Part shown: positions 1 to 7,432 of the stretch, piece by piece
Position numbering within the stretch: the stretch's first letter is position 1
Layout of the letters: each line of letters starts with the position of its first letter
Assembly: GCA_023459275.1 (NCBI GenBank)
Contig: JAEWVC010000064.1
Coordinates: 51,630-115,629 of the forward strand
Direction: 5' to 3'
DNA from: Bacillota bacterium
GTDB taxonomy: Bacteria > Bacillota > Clostridia > Christensenellales > Aristaeellaceae
DNA length: 64,000 nt
Program-made: the position numbers and the translations under genes
The notes under the pieces: model-generated
Told to the model about the DNA's origin: nothing
The model's input: only the letters and a program-made list of their open reading frames with translations
The model's database searches: none

Positions 1-153
1 CATATTGGGCTTGAGAAGCACCTTTTCCTCTTTTTGAACAAACCGCCCAATGCCCCCCAGCAGCGCGATGCCCCTGGCCACCGACTCCTCTACTTCCTCT
101 TTCCTGTAGCTGCCGCAAAGCACAAGCGCAACAACGCTTTTTGCTTTTTCCAA
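1..153 (-). CDS. DUF362-like protein, N-terminal fragment (gene runs off the window start)
   Basis: Not in the ORF track (too short inside the window). Minus-strand reading from TTG at 153, with GGAGG at 161-165 seven nt upstream, gives LEKAKSVVALVLCGSYRKEEVEESVARGIALLGGIGRFVQKEEKVLLKPNM and stays open to position 1. This resembles DUF362 N-termini (..LLGG..FV..EKVLLKPN). Confidence 0.5.
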   Translation of the reverse strand, partial: MEKAKSVVALVLCGSYRKEEVEESVARGIALLGGIGRFVQKEEKVLLKPNM

Positions 154-276
154 AGGGATCCCTCCTCATCATGAGCTGACCGTTGGCATTGTAGCACAAT
201 TCGCGGCGCCTTGCTATGCATCCCCCGGAAAATGTGGTACAATCGTGGCTATAAAAGCATCCTGAAGGAGACTGTC

Positions 277-1203
277 ATGATACGCCAAGCCGCTTTTTCA
301 GGTCCGCACCGGCTGCTAAAAGGAAATCTCCACACCCATACAACGCGTTCCGATGGCCAGGGCACGCCGGAAGAAGTCATTGCAAAGTATGCGGAAAACG
401 GATACGATTTTCTGGCTCTCACTGATCACAGAATATATAATTATCAAAATTTTCTTCCCGGCAGCACCCTTACCATCCTGCCGGGCATGGAAATGGACCG
501 GCAACTGGGAAGCAGGCATGTCCCCTGTTTTCACAGCGTATGCCTTGGCCCCCTTCGGGAGGAAGGCAACGGTTTTACTCAGGATCAGATATTCGCAAGA
601 GGCGTTGTCAAGAATCAGTATGAATATCAAACACTGCTTAACTGGATCCATGAAAACGGAAACATCACCCTGTACTGCCATCCCCAATGGAGCGGCACCA
701 CAGCCAGGGATTTTGAACAAATGCAGGGCAATTTTGCCCTGGAGATTTACAACAGCGGCTGTGCCCTGGAGAACGAGATGGACATGGATGCCGCTTACTG
801 GGATGAACTGCTTATTCAGGGCAAAAGGATTTTCGGTGCCGCCGTGGACGACGGCCACAGCATGGCACACCACTGCCGGGGCTATGTGATGGTCAACGCC
901 GCAAATACGGCCGTCGGAATTCTGGACGCCTTGTCCCGCGGCGCGTTCTATTCCTCCTGCGGGCCCGAGATTTTTGACTTTTTTGTGGAAGACGGCATGG
1001 CCGTGGTGGAAACCTCCCCCTGCGACCGGGTATTGTTCCTCTACGGCCGGGAACCCACCAAAATCGTCCGGGCTGGAAACAGCAAGCTTACCAGAGCCAT
1101 GTTTTCCGTTCCCGCGCACTTTACCTATCTTCGCGCCGCCGCGGTGGACAGCCTGGGCCGCCGGGCCTGGACGAACCCCATCTTCTTTTACGAAGCCGAA
1201 TGA
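277..1203 (+). CDS. PHP-domain metal-dependent phosphoesterase
   Basis: ORF 211..1203 contains GNLHTHTTRSDG ... FLALTDH, the PHP-domain signature. ATG at 277 is preferred because AAGGAG lies at 265-270, 6 nt upstream. Position 211 is a TTG with no SD. Confidence 0.8.
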   Translation: MIRQAAFSGPHRLLKGNLHTHTTRSDGQGTPEEVIAKYAENGYDFLALTDHRIYNYQNFLPGSTLTILPGMEMDRQLGSRHVPCFHSVCLGPLREEGNGFTQDQIFARGVVKNQYEYQTLLNWIHENGNITLYCHPQWSGTTARDFEQMQGNFALEIYNSGCALENEMDMDAAYWDELLIQGKRIFGAAVDDGHSMAHHCRGYVMVNAANTAVGILDALSRGAFYSSCGPEIFDFFVEDGMAVVETSPCDRVLFLYGREPTKIVRAGNSKLTRAMFSVPAHFTYLRAAAVDSLGRRAWTNPIFFYEAE

Positions 1204-2597
1204 AAATTCCATGGCGAGGAAGCGTTTTCGTGCGATTATTTTCACGGCGCAAGGCGGAGGATCCTGCCCTGCTGTTCACCGGCAGTGAATTGCGGGGCCT
1301 GATGCTCCCCCTTCTTTTGGAGCAGCTTCTGATCGTACTGATGAGCATCATCAACACTGTAATGGTATCCTCCGGCGGCGAGGATGCCGTATCCGCCGTC
1401 TCTCTGGTGGACACCATCAATGTTCTGCTGGTGAACGTATTCGTGGCACTGGCCACCGGCGGCGCCGTGATCACGGCACAGTATCTTGGCCGCAGGGAAC
1501 CGGATATGGCCGGAAAGGCAGCCAGGCAGCTTTTATACGTAATGCTGGCTGTTTCGCTGGCCATCAGCGTCCTTTCCCTCCTGTTTTACCGTGCGCTGCT
1601 GCACGCCGTGTTTCCCGGCGTGAACGATGCCGTGATGACAAACGCAGCCACCTATTTTCTGTTGATTATTTTCAGCTTTCCTTTCCTGTCCGTTTTCAGC
1701 GGAGGATCCGCGCTGATGCGGGCTGCCGGAAATTCGAAGGCTTCTCTGATCACGACGCTGATGGTCAACGCTATCAACGTGGCGGGAAACGCGCTGCTGA
1801 TCTATGTCTTCGGCCTAGGCGTGAAAGGTGCCGCTCTGGCGGCGGTGATCGCCAGGGTTTTGGGTGCCGTAGTGATCCTGCTGCTTTTGAAAAATCCCCG
1901 TCAGGGGCTTGTTATCCCCTCTCTGAGGCGGTTTGCCTGGGACGGCGATATGGTGAAGCGCATTCTTCGCATCGGTGTGCCCAACGGGCTGGAAAACAGC
2001 TTCTTCCAACTGGGCAAAATCCTGCTGCAAAGCCTTGTCTCCACCCTTGGCATCACGGCCATGGCCGCCAACGCGGTGGCCAACAGCCTGGCAGGGTTTC
2101 AAAATATTCCCGGCAGCGCTGTGAGCCTTGCGATGATCACAGTCGTGGGGCGCTGCGTGGGTGCCTCCGAGTATAACCAGGCAAAGCTGTATGTGAAAAA
2201 GCTGATGCGTTTCTCCTATTGGACCATGGGGCTTTTGACGCCTGTGATCCTGCTTTTGCTGCCCTGCGTCATTGGCAGCTACGGCCTGAGCGCGGAGGTT
2301 GCAAAGAGCGCCTGGCAGCTGATGTTTGTATACACCATCGTCTGCGCCGTGTTCTGGTCCTCCTCCTTCGCTTTGCCCAATGCCTTGCGCGCCGCGGGGG
2401 ATGTAAAATTCACCATGGTGGTCTCTACGCTGTCCATGCTGATCTTCCGCATCGGCTTCAGTTATCTTCTGGTGCAGTTCTTCGGCATGGGACTTATGGG
2501 CGTGTGGGTCGCCATGATGATTGATTGGGTGGCACGCTCGGCAGCTTTCTATATACGATACCGCCGGGGCGTATGGGAGCGCAGGAAGGTTTTGTAA
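1200..2597 (+). CDS. MATE family efflux transporter
   Basis: 465-aa polytopic membrane protein with MATE-like duplicated halves (LPLLLEQLL..., GVPNGLENSFFQLG). Its ATG overlaps the upstream stop (ATGA at 1200-1203). Confidence 0.85.
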   Translation: MKIPWRGSVFVRLFSRRKAEDPALLFTGSELRGLMLPLLLEQLLIVLMSIINTVMVSSGGEDAVSAVSLVDTINVLLVNVFVALATGGAVITAQYLGRREPDMAGKAARQLLYVMLAVSLAISVLSLLFYRALLHAVFPGVNDAVMTNAATYFLLIIFSFPFLSVFSGGSALMRAAGNSKASLITTLMVNAINVAGNALLIYVFGLGVKGAALAAVIARVLGAVVILLLLKNPRQGLVIPSLRRFAWDGDMVKRILRIGVPNGLENSFFQLGKILLQSLVSTLGITAMAANAVANSLAGFQNIPGSAVSLAMITVVGRCVGASEYNQAKLYVKKLMRFSYWTMGLLTPVILLLLPCVIGSYGLSAEVAKSAWQLMFVYTIVCAVFWSSSFALPNALRAAGDVKFTMVVSTLSMLIFRIGFSYLLVQFFGMGLMGVWVAMMIDWVARSAAFYIRYRRGVWERRKVL

Positions 2598-2605
2598 GCG
2601 TAAGC

Positions 2606-2639
2606 GGGGAGAGGGATTTTTAAAAAAATCCCTCTCCCC
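2606..2639. terminator. perfect 16-bp-arm hairpin between convergent MATE and ogt genes
   Basis: GGGGAGAGGGATTTTT-AA-AAAAATCCCTCTCCCC, with G/C-rich arm ends and an A/T centre. It could terminate transcription in both directions. Confidence 0.6.
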
Positions 2640-2748
2640 GTACCCTACTCCAAAAACTTCATGTTGAAGCCCGGTTGTCAGATAACGTGATGCTTTCATC
2701 ACCTCAAGAAGTTTTTTGGGAATCCTTTATTCTGCTTTTGCGGGCGGC

Positions 2749-3216
2749 CTATTTTTGACTTTTTTCCAACGCCAGCAATTTTTCCTTGATGGGCAGCCCC
2801 CCGCCGTAGCCTGTCAGGCTGCCGTCGGCACCTACCACCCGGTGGCAGGGGATAAATACAGGAATCGGGTTGCGGTTGTTGGCCATGCCAACAGCCCTGG
2901 CACCGCCGGGTTTTCCGATCTCCGCGGCCAGCTTGCCGTAGGAGGTTGTTTCCCCATAAGGGATTTTGCTAAGCGCCTCCCACACCCGCACTTGAAAAGC
3001 GGTGCCCGCAGGCGCCAAAGGCAGATCAAAGGCCCGCCTTTCCCCTTGCAGATATTCGTCCAGCTGCCTTGCCGCTTCCTTCAGCGCCCCTGTCTCCCTG
3101 TGAACGGTCTCCTTGGGGGTCTGTTCCCCGCCGAAAAAAAGATGGGTGATCTTTCCGTTTTCTTCCGCCAAAGCCACTTTCCCCAATGCCGTTTCATACA
3201 CCCATACGGATTTCAT
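2749..3216 (-). CDS. ogt: methylated-DNA--protein-cysteine methyltransferase
   Basis: Active-site motif IPCHRVV, plus GGARAVGMANNRNPIPVFIPCHRVVGADGSLTGYGGG. AAGGAGA lies upstream of the ATG. Confidence 0.9.
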   Translation of the reverse strand: MKSVWVYETALGKVALAEENGKITHLFFGGEQTPKETVHRETGALKEAARQLDEYLQGERRAFDLPLAPAGTAFQVRVWEALSKIPYGETTSYGKLAAEIGKPGGARAVGMANNRNPIPVFIPCHRVVGADGSLTGYGGGLPIKEKLLALEKSQK

Positions 3217-3273
3217 AGGATTCTCCTTTTCGCATATTGTTATCAGTATATCAAAAAAAGAAGAAGATGCAAA

Positions 3274-3525
3274 TCATGGCTGCTTCTTCTCTACGAACCA
3301 CCGCGTCCCCGCCCTGAACAGATGAGTCACACGGCTGCCAATGCGCACGGTATAACGCATGCCGGCTCCCTTTGCCGAAAGCGCAACGCCGGGGCGGACC
3401 TCCAGCACGCTTCCCACCGGATAGCGCTTGCCGTCACCCAAAATGACGCAGGTGGGATGCACCGCGCCATCCTCCCCGAACCACGCCTCCACACGGACGT
3501 ATGCTTTTTCGCACCCGCCATCCAT
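3274..3525 (-). CDS. small hypothetical protein (83 aa)
   Basis: AAGGAAGG lies 6 nt upstream of the ATG. The gene has its own TTGTAA-18-TATAAT promoter (3559-3588) downstream of a terminator. The sequence is non-repetitive and looks globular (..RYTVRIGSRVTHLFRAGTRWFVE). I recognise no family. Confidence 0.55.
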   Translation of the reverse strand: MDGGCEKAYVRVEAWFGEDGAVHPTCVILGDGKRYPVGSVLEVRPGVALSAKGAGMRYTVRIGSRVTHLFRAGTRWFVEKKQP

Positions 3526-3558
3526 CTGCCGGCCTTCCTTATCTGTAATTTCCGTTTG

Positions 3559-3588
3559 ATTATAGCAAATATCCGTTCGCTTTTACAA
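3559..3588 (-). promoter_or_regulatory. sigma-70-type promoter of the 83-aa ORF
   Basis: Minus strand: TTGTAA (3588-3583), an 18-nt spacer, then TATAAT (3564-3559). Confidence 0.5.
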
Positions 3589-3613
3589 GAGGGAAATGTG
3601 AGCATTTTCAGAT

Positions 3614-3655
3614 GGAAGAAATCAAATATGGGGCGGAACAAATTTTCCGCCCCAT
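3614..3655 (-). terminator. rho-independent terminator after the DUF134-NifX gene
   Basis: Minus strand: ATGGGGCGGAA-aatttg-TTCCGCCCCAT (11-bp stem), followed by ATTTGATTTCTT. Confidence 0.7.
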
Positions 3656-3682
3656 GTTTCTATCAATTCGCCTTTTTTGTGT

Positions 3683-4486
3683 CTATTCGCCTTGGTGATG
3701 CTCCCCGCAATGATGCTGCTCGCCGCAGTCCTCCCCGTGGTTATGGCCATGGTGATCGCAGGTGGCATCCGAATCATACGCAAGCGTGCCTTTGAGCAGC
3801 GAGTCTACCGCCTGGTCGGCACTTCCCGAAACGCCGCCGTACAACTTGACCCCCGCCTCCGCAAGCGCGCGCTTTGCGCCGCCGCCGATGCCGCCGCAGA
3901 TCAGCGTATCCACCTGCAGCTTTTTCAAAATATCCGCCAGCGCGCCGTGGCCGCTGCCGTTGGTATTGACCGTGGTAGCCAGCTTGATCTCGCCGTTTTG
4001 CGCGTCATAAATTTTGAAGCGCTCGGTATGTCCAAAATGCTGAAAAACTTCCCCGTTTTCGTAAGTGACCGCAATACGCATACAACCAAGTCCTTTCTTT
4101 TCGATCCCCATTTCTTCGTTCAACCCGTCCGCCCCGCCGGCAAAGCGGTTCCGCCGCCCGCAATGACTGCATCCCGGAACCAGCGGTTCCTCCCCGCAAA
4201 GGGTGTATGTCCCGCCGCCAATGTCCAGATCCCGCCCGTTTACCAGGCATTCGGCCAACTTCGTTCTGGCGCTGGCATAGATCGCCTGAGCCGTGGTCCT
4301 GGCCACACCCATGTGCAGGGCGCATTCCTCCTGGCTGCACCCCTCCAGGTCGATCAGACGGATGGCCTCGAATTCGTCCACCGTCATGCCAATGGCTGTC
4401 CGGCCGGCAGAAGGCTCCGCCACCGGGCCAAAGCGCCGCAGCTCAGGCATGCAGCAAACCCGCCGTCCTTTGATTGGCCTTGGCAC
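3683..4486 (-). CDS. DUF134 (UPF0251) DNA-binding domain fused to NifX/NifB-type cofactor-binding domain with His/Cys-rich tail
   Basis: The N-terminus PRPIKGRRVCCMPELRRFGP is the DUF134 signature. The C-terminal half (MRIAVTYENGEVFQHFGHTERFKIYD...LICGGIGGGAKRAL) is a dinitrogenase FeMo-cofactor-binding-type fold. The tail is CDHHGHNHGEDCGEQHHCGEHHQGE. GTG at 4486 is preferred (AAGGAGA 7 nt upstream) and yields an MPRP-type DUF134 start. The ORF-track ATG at 4516 has no SD. Confidence 0.75.
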   Translation of the reverse strand: MPRPIKGRRVCCMPELRRFGPVAEPSAGRTAIGMTVDEFEAIRLIDLEGCSQEECALHMGVARTTAQAIYASARTKLAECLVNGRDLDIGGGTYTLCGEEPLVPGCSHCGRRNRFAGGADGLNEEMGIEKKGLGCMRIAVTYENGEVFQHFGHTERFKIYDAQNGEIKLATTVNTNGSGHGALADILKKLQVDTLICGGIGGGAKRALAEAGVKLYGGVSGSADQAVDSLLKGTLAYDSDATCDHHGHNHGEDCGEQHHCGEHHQGE

Positions 4487-4499
4487 TGTTTCATCTCCT

Positions 4500-4515
4500 T
4501 TTTTGGCATATGCCA
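4500..4515. promoter_or_regulatory. operator-like repeat copy A (contains 12-bp palindrome TGGCATATGCCA)
   Basis: TTTTTGGCATATGCCA at 4500-4515, in the predicted 5' UTR just downstream of the transcription start. It matches copy B at 15 of 16 positions. Confidence 0.5.
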
Positions 4516-4526
4516 TTTACAAGGCT

Positions 4527-4554
4527 ATTATACAACATTTTTGGCATATGTCAA
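4527..4554 (-). promoter_or_regulatory. sigma-70-type promoter of the DUF134-NifX gene
   Basis: Minus strand: TTGACA (4554-4549), a 16-nt spacer, then TATAAT (4532-4527). Confidence 0.55.
4538..4553. promoter_or_regulatory. operator-like repeat copy B overlapping the -35 box
   Basis: TTTTTGGCATATGTCA at 4538-4553, lying 38 nt from copy A. It overlaps the -35 TTGACA. Confidence 0.5.
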
Positions 4555-4616
4555 GAACCAAAATAGGCCATGCTTCGCCAATCCGTTAGGGCTTGGTTTT
4601 CGGCCTGCCAAACACT

Positions 4617-5381
4617 TTAGAAGCAGATATCCACCTGGTCTCGGTAGGGACTTTTCCCATCCAGCGCATACCGGAAATTGCACATCCATGCCGGAGCGAA
4701 CCCGCTGCGGTGGGCCACAGCCTGGGAGGGAATATTGGAAGAAGCGGTGCCATAGAAAGGAACGACCCCTTTTTCCAAAATCAGCCGGGCAAGGCGGTTC
4801 ACCAGGAAAGCGGCTAAGCCCAGGCCCCGGAATTTTTCCATAACATCAATGCCGATCTGCCACATGGCCTCACAATCCTGGGAGGCGGCGGCCATTCCAG
4901 CGATTTCCCCATCCCGTGTGGCGTAAAGCGCGATCACATCCGGGCGCGGATGGTTCCATTCATACCGCAGCGCATTTTCAAATCCGGGCACCGCATACAG
5001 CCGGCGGATTTGCTCCCCCTCCGCCAACTCCAGCGAAAATCCTTCCGGGCAGGGAAGCATCTCCCTGTCTTGTCTGTCTGGGATGTAATACAGGGAGTGC
5101 CCGTACAGAAAAGGGGCGGAGAAAAGATCATCCCGCCGCTTTCCGGATAGGATGGGGCGCACCCTGTTCAAGACATCACTCTGTCCACTGGCCACGATCC
5201 CCCTGCCCATGGTGACAATTTCCAAATGGCTGTTCTCCATCCGCACAATGCCGCGCCTGCTGTTCAGGCCGGCCTCGCAAAACACCACGCCGTCTTTCAG
5301 GAAATCTTCCGGCGCACACCCCATATCCTGTGCCAATTGTTTCCGAACCACAAGGAGAATTTCGTTTTTTTCCTTTTCCAT
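4617..5381 (-). CDS. GNAT family N-acetyltransferase
   Basis: The acetyl-CoA binding region (FRGLGLAAFLVNRLARLILEKGVVPFYGTASSNIPSQAVAHRSGF) is GNAT-like. GAGGAGGA lies 9 nt upstream of the ATG. Confidence 0.75.
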   Translation of the reverse strand: MEKEKNEILLVVRKQLAQDMGCAPEDFLKDGVVFCEAGLNSRRGIVRMENSHLEIVTMGRGIVASGQSDVLNRVRPILSGKRRDDLFSAPFLYGHSLYYIPDRQDREMLPCPEGFSLELAEGEQIRRLYAVPGFENALRYEWNHPRPDVIALYATRDGEIAGMAAASQDCEAMWQIGIDVMEKFRGLGLAAFLVNRLARLILEKGVVPFYGTASSNIPSQAVAHRSGFAPAWMCNFRYALDGKSPYRDQVDICF

Positions 5382-5397
5382 AGGTGGCCTATCCTCC

Positions 5398-6750
5398 TCA
5401 ACCTTTGCGCAGGCCTTTGGGATAATGGTTTTGGACCCGTCCGTCGGCCCTTTTCCCCCAGCCCAGCGCCAGGCCCAAATACCGCATCAGGACCCAGCCT
5501 CCGCCATCTCCGGAAGGAAGGGTTTCGCCCCTGAGAAAGGCTTCCGCTTCCCCCTGATCCATGGCGATGGAACGGCATCCCTGAAGCCCTTGCCCCGCCA
5601 TCGCAAGCGCATGGTCAGGCAGGAACCGCCCCCCCTTGTTTTCCCCCAGATGCAGCCCCAGCCGCAAAACCCGGATGCCGGCAATATCCGGCAATGCGGG
5701 CACGGCAACCAGCCTGCCCGCAAACAATCCGTTTGGCGCCGGGCCGGTTGATCCGGTTTCGCTTTGAAAAGCGGCATAGGCAGCCAGGCTTTCCCGGTCC
5801 GGCAAAGGGAGCCCGGCCATCCTGCCTGCATAGGCCGTGGCTTCGCCAGCCGCCTTTTCCATCAGCGCCACGAAATGGCCTTCCCCCACCACCCGGTGGG
5901 GCCATAGGCGAAGCATGCCGCCCTGGGCGGTGAGCCCCGGGGACAGCGTGAAAGGCCTCAAATGGAATTCCGGATGATTTTCCAAAAACGCTTCTACAAC
6001 ACCCTCATTTTCCTGGCGGTTGAAGGTGCAGGTGGAGTAACACAAAATGCCCCCGTCTTTTACCATTCCGGCCGCGCTATGAAGAATATCCCTTTGCCGC
6101 CGGGCACAGGAAAGCGGCGTTTGCACCGTCCATTCCAATCTTGTCTCGGGTCGGCGGCGGAACATCCCCTCGCCGGAGCAAGGGGCATCCACCAGGACCC
6201 GGTCAAAAAAGGCCGGCCATTTTCCCTTTAGCTTCGCGGGCTGCTCACAGGTGACGGCAGCGTTGGCCACGCCCAGGCGCTCCATGGCGGCGGATAGTAC
6301 CGCAGCCCTTGAAGCCACAGGTTCGTTGCTCACCAGCAGTCCCCGTCCCTTGAGGCGCGAGGCGATTTGTCCGCTTTTTCCGCCTGGGGCGGCACATAAG
6401 TCCAGCACACGTTCCCCGGGCTTGGGATCAAGCGCCGCCACCGCGGCCATGGCGCTGGGCTCCTGCAGATAATAGGCCCCCGCCTCCTGCAAAAGATTGG
6501 TTCCGGCGGTGGAATCCACAGTGATATACCGCCCTTCCGCCTCCCAGGGAATGGGTGCCAGCAAGCCATCCACCCATCGGTCAAGGCCGCCTTCCGGCAT
6601 CTTGTCCGGGTTGCGCCGAAGCCCCCGGCAAAAGGGCAGGTCATAGGTATGCAAAAAATCCTGCGCCTCCGCTTTCAAAAGGGGCGCAAGACTTTCTGCA
6701 AATCCCTCCGGCAGGGGCGGTACATCATTCCTTCCGGCAGATGCCTTCAT
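5398..6750 (-). CDS. RsmB/RsmF-type RNA cytosine-C5 methyltransferase (NOL1/NOP2/Sun family)
   Basis: Motifs DLCAAPGGKS (SAM binding), DAPCSGEGMFRR and YSTCT (catalytic Cys). ATG at 6750 overlaps the upstream stop (ATGA). Confidence 0.85.
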   Translation of the reverse strand: MKASAGRNDVPPLPEGFAESLAPLLKAEAQDFLHTYDLPFCRGLRRNPDKMPEGGLDRWVDGLLAPIPWEAEGRYITVDSTAGTNLLQEAGAYYLQEPSAMAAVAALDPKPGERVLDLCAAPGGKSGQIASRLKGRGLLVSNEPVASRAAVLSAAMERLGVANAAVTCEQPAKLKGKWPAFFDRVLVDAPCSGEGMFRRRPETRLEWTVQTPLSCARRQRDILHSAAGMVKDGGILCYSTCTFNRQENEGVVEAFLENHPEFHLRPFTLSPGLTAQGGMLRLWPHRVVGEGHFVALMEKAAGEATAYAGRMAGLPLPDRESLAAYAAFQSETGSTGPAPNGLFAGRLVAVPALPDIAGIRVLRLGLHLGENKGGRFLPDHALAMAGQGLQGCRSIAMDQGEAEAFLRGETLPSGDGGGWVLMRYLGLALGWGKRADGRVQNHYPKGLRKG

Positions 6751-7424
6751 GCGTCCATCCACTCCGGGCGCATGTATCTTACGATAGGCTTTGCAAGGGG
6801 GCGCATCTCATGCGGAAGCTTGGAAAGCACCGCCTGCTCCCCGGTGACCATGGCGATGGGCAGCCCGGTTTTTTGGGAAACCTCCCAAAGCACTTCCTGG
6901 CCCCGGAGCAGAAGCTCCGGCGTAGTCTCCCCCTGCAGGTTGGCGTTATTGACCAATGCATCCACCGTCATTCTCGCCCGGAAGGCAATGCGCTCCATCA
7001 GCCGCAGGATATCCGCCGCCGTGCGGGAAAGCGGGCGGCATACATTGACTACATACAGCACGGCGGTATTGCCACGTTCTTTTTCGAAAAACGGGGCATA
7101 GCGGCCCAGGGCGACAGCGCCGGTATCATCTCCGCCCACGTCAAACACCACCTGCTCCCCAGGGCTGTCAAACACGCTCTGGATTTCCGCAGGCAACGCG
7201 GGAATATCCACCCCAGTGTTGGCAAAGGTAGGCATCAGCACGCGTACACCCTTTTCCTCAAGCAGCGCGCACCTTTCCCCGCTGCGAAAATAGGGGTTGA
7301 CAATGTCCAGGTCCACCAGCGCGGTTGTTCCCGCCGATGCCTTTTGAAGGGCAAGATTCAAAGCGATCTCCGTTTTTCCGCTGCCGTAGTTGCCCACAAG
7401 TACGGTCAGGCGGCGATCAAGCAA
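6747..7424 (-). CDS. P-loop NTPase of unknown function (SIMIBI/G3E-like)
   Basis: Walker A VLVGNYGSGKTE at the N-terminus and Walker B-like VVFDVGGDD. TTG start. It sits 8 nt after the upstream gene and is coupled to the downstream methyltransferase. Confidence 0.7.
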   Translation of the reverse strand: MLDRRLTVLVGNYGSGKTEIALNLALQKASAGTTALVDLDIVNPYFRSGERCALLEEKGVRVLMPTFANTGVDIPALPAEIQSVFDSPGEQVVFDVGGDDTGAVALGRYAPFFEKERGNTAVLYVVNVCRPLSRTAADILRLMERIAFRARMTVDALVNNANLQGETTPELLLRGQEVLWEVSQKTGLPIAMVTGEQAVLSKLPHEMRPLAKPIVRYMRPEWMDA

Positions 7425-7432
7425 TTCCAGAC

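Noticed and set aside
316-1245. Long antisense or alternative-frame ORFs overlapping recognised genes throughout the window. Examples: 316..1245, 1815..2702, 8725..9861, 16913..18133, 18231..19223, 20169..21209, 21242..22639, 23378..24505, 44466..45308, 45349..46860, 57147..58265, 58220..59638.
   Set aside because: They lie opposite or out of frame to ORFs with clear family signatures. Their products are Arg/Gly/Pro/His-rich with no motifs. They lack SD sequences. Such shadow ORFs are expected in GC-rich DNA.
2327-2336. TTGTATACAC inside the MATE gene, and CTTGTATACG at 55417-55426 inside pyrG, as further copies of the TRAP operator motif.
   Set aside because: Both lie within coding sequence and match only the 8-10 nt core. 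Their presence weakens the genome-wide significance of the core motif.
4487-4516. Leaderless translation of the DUF134 gene from the ATG at 4516, only 10 nt after the -10 box.
   Set aside because: An in-frame GTG at 4486 has a near-perfect SD (AAGGAGA, 7-nt spacing). It yields the canonical DUF134 N-terminus (M)PRPIKGRRV. The ATG is better explained as part of the operator repeat in the 5' UTR.
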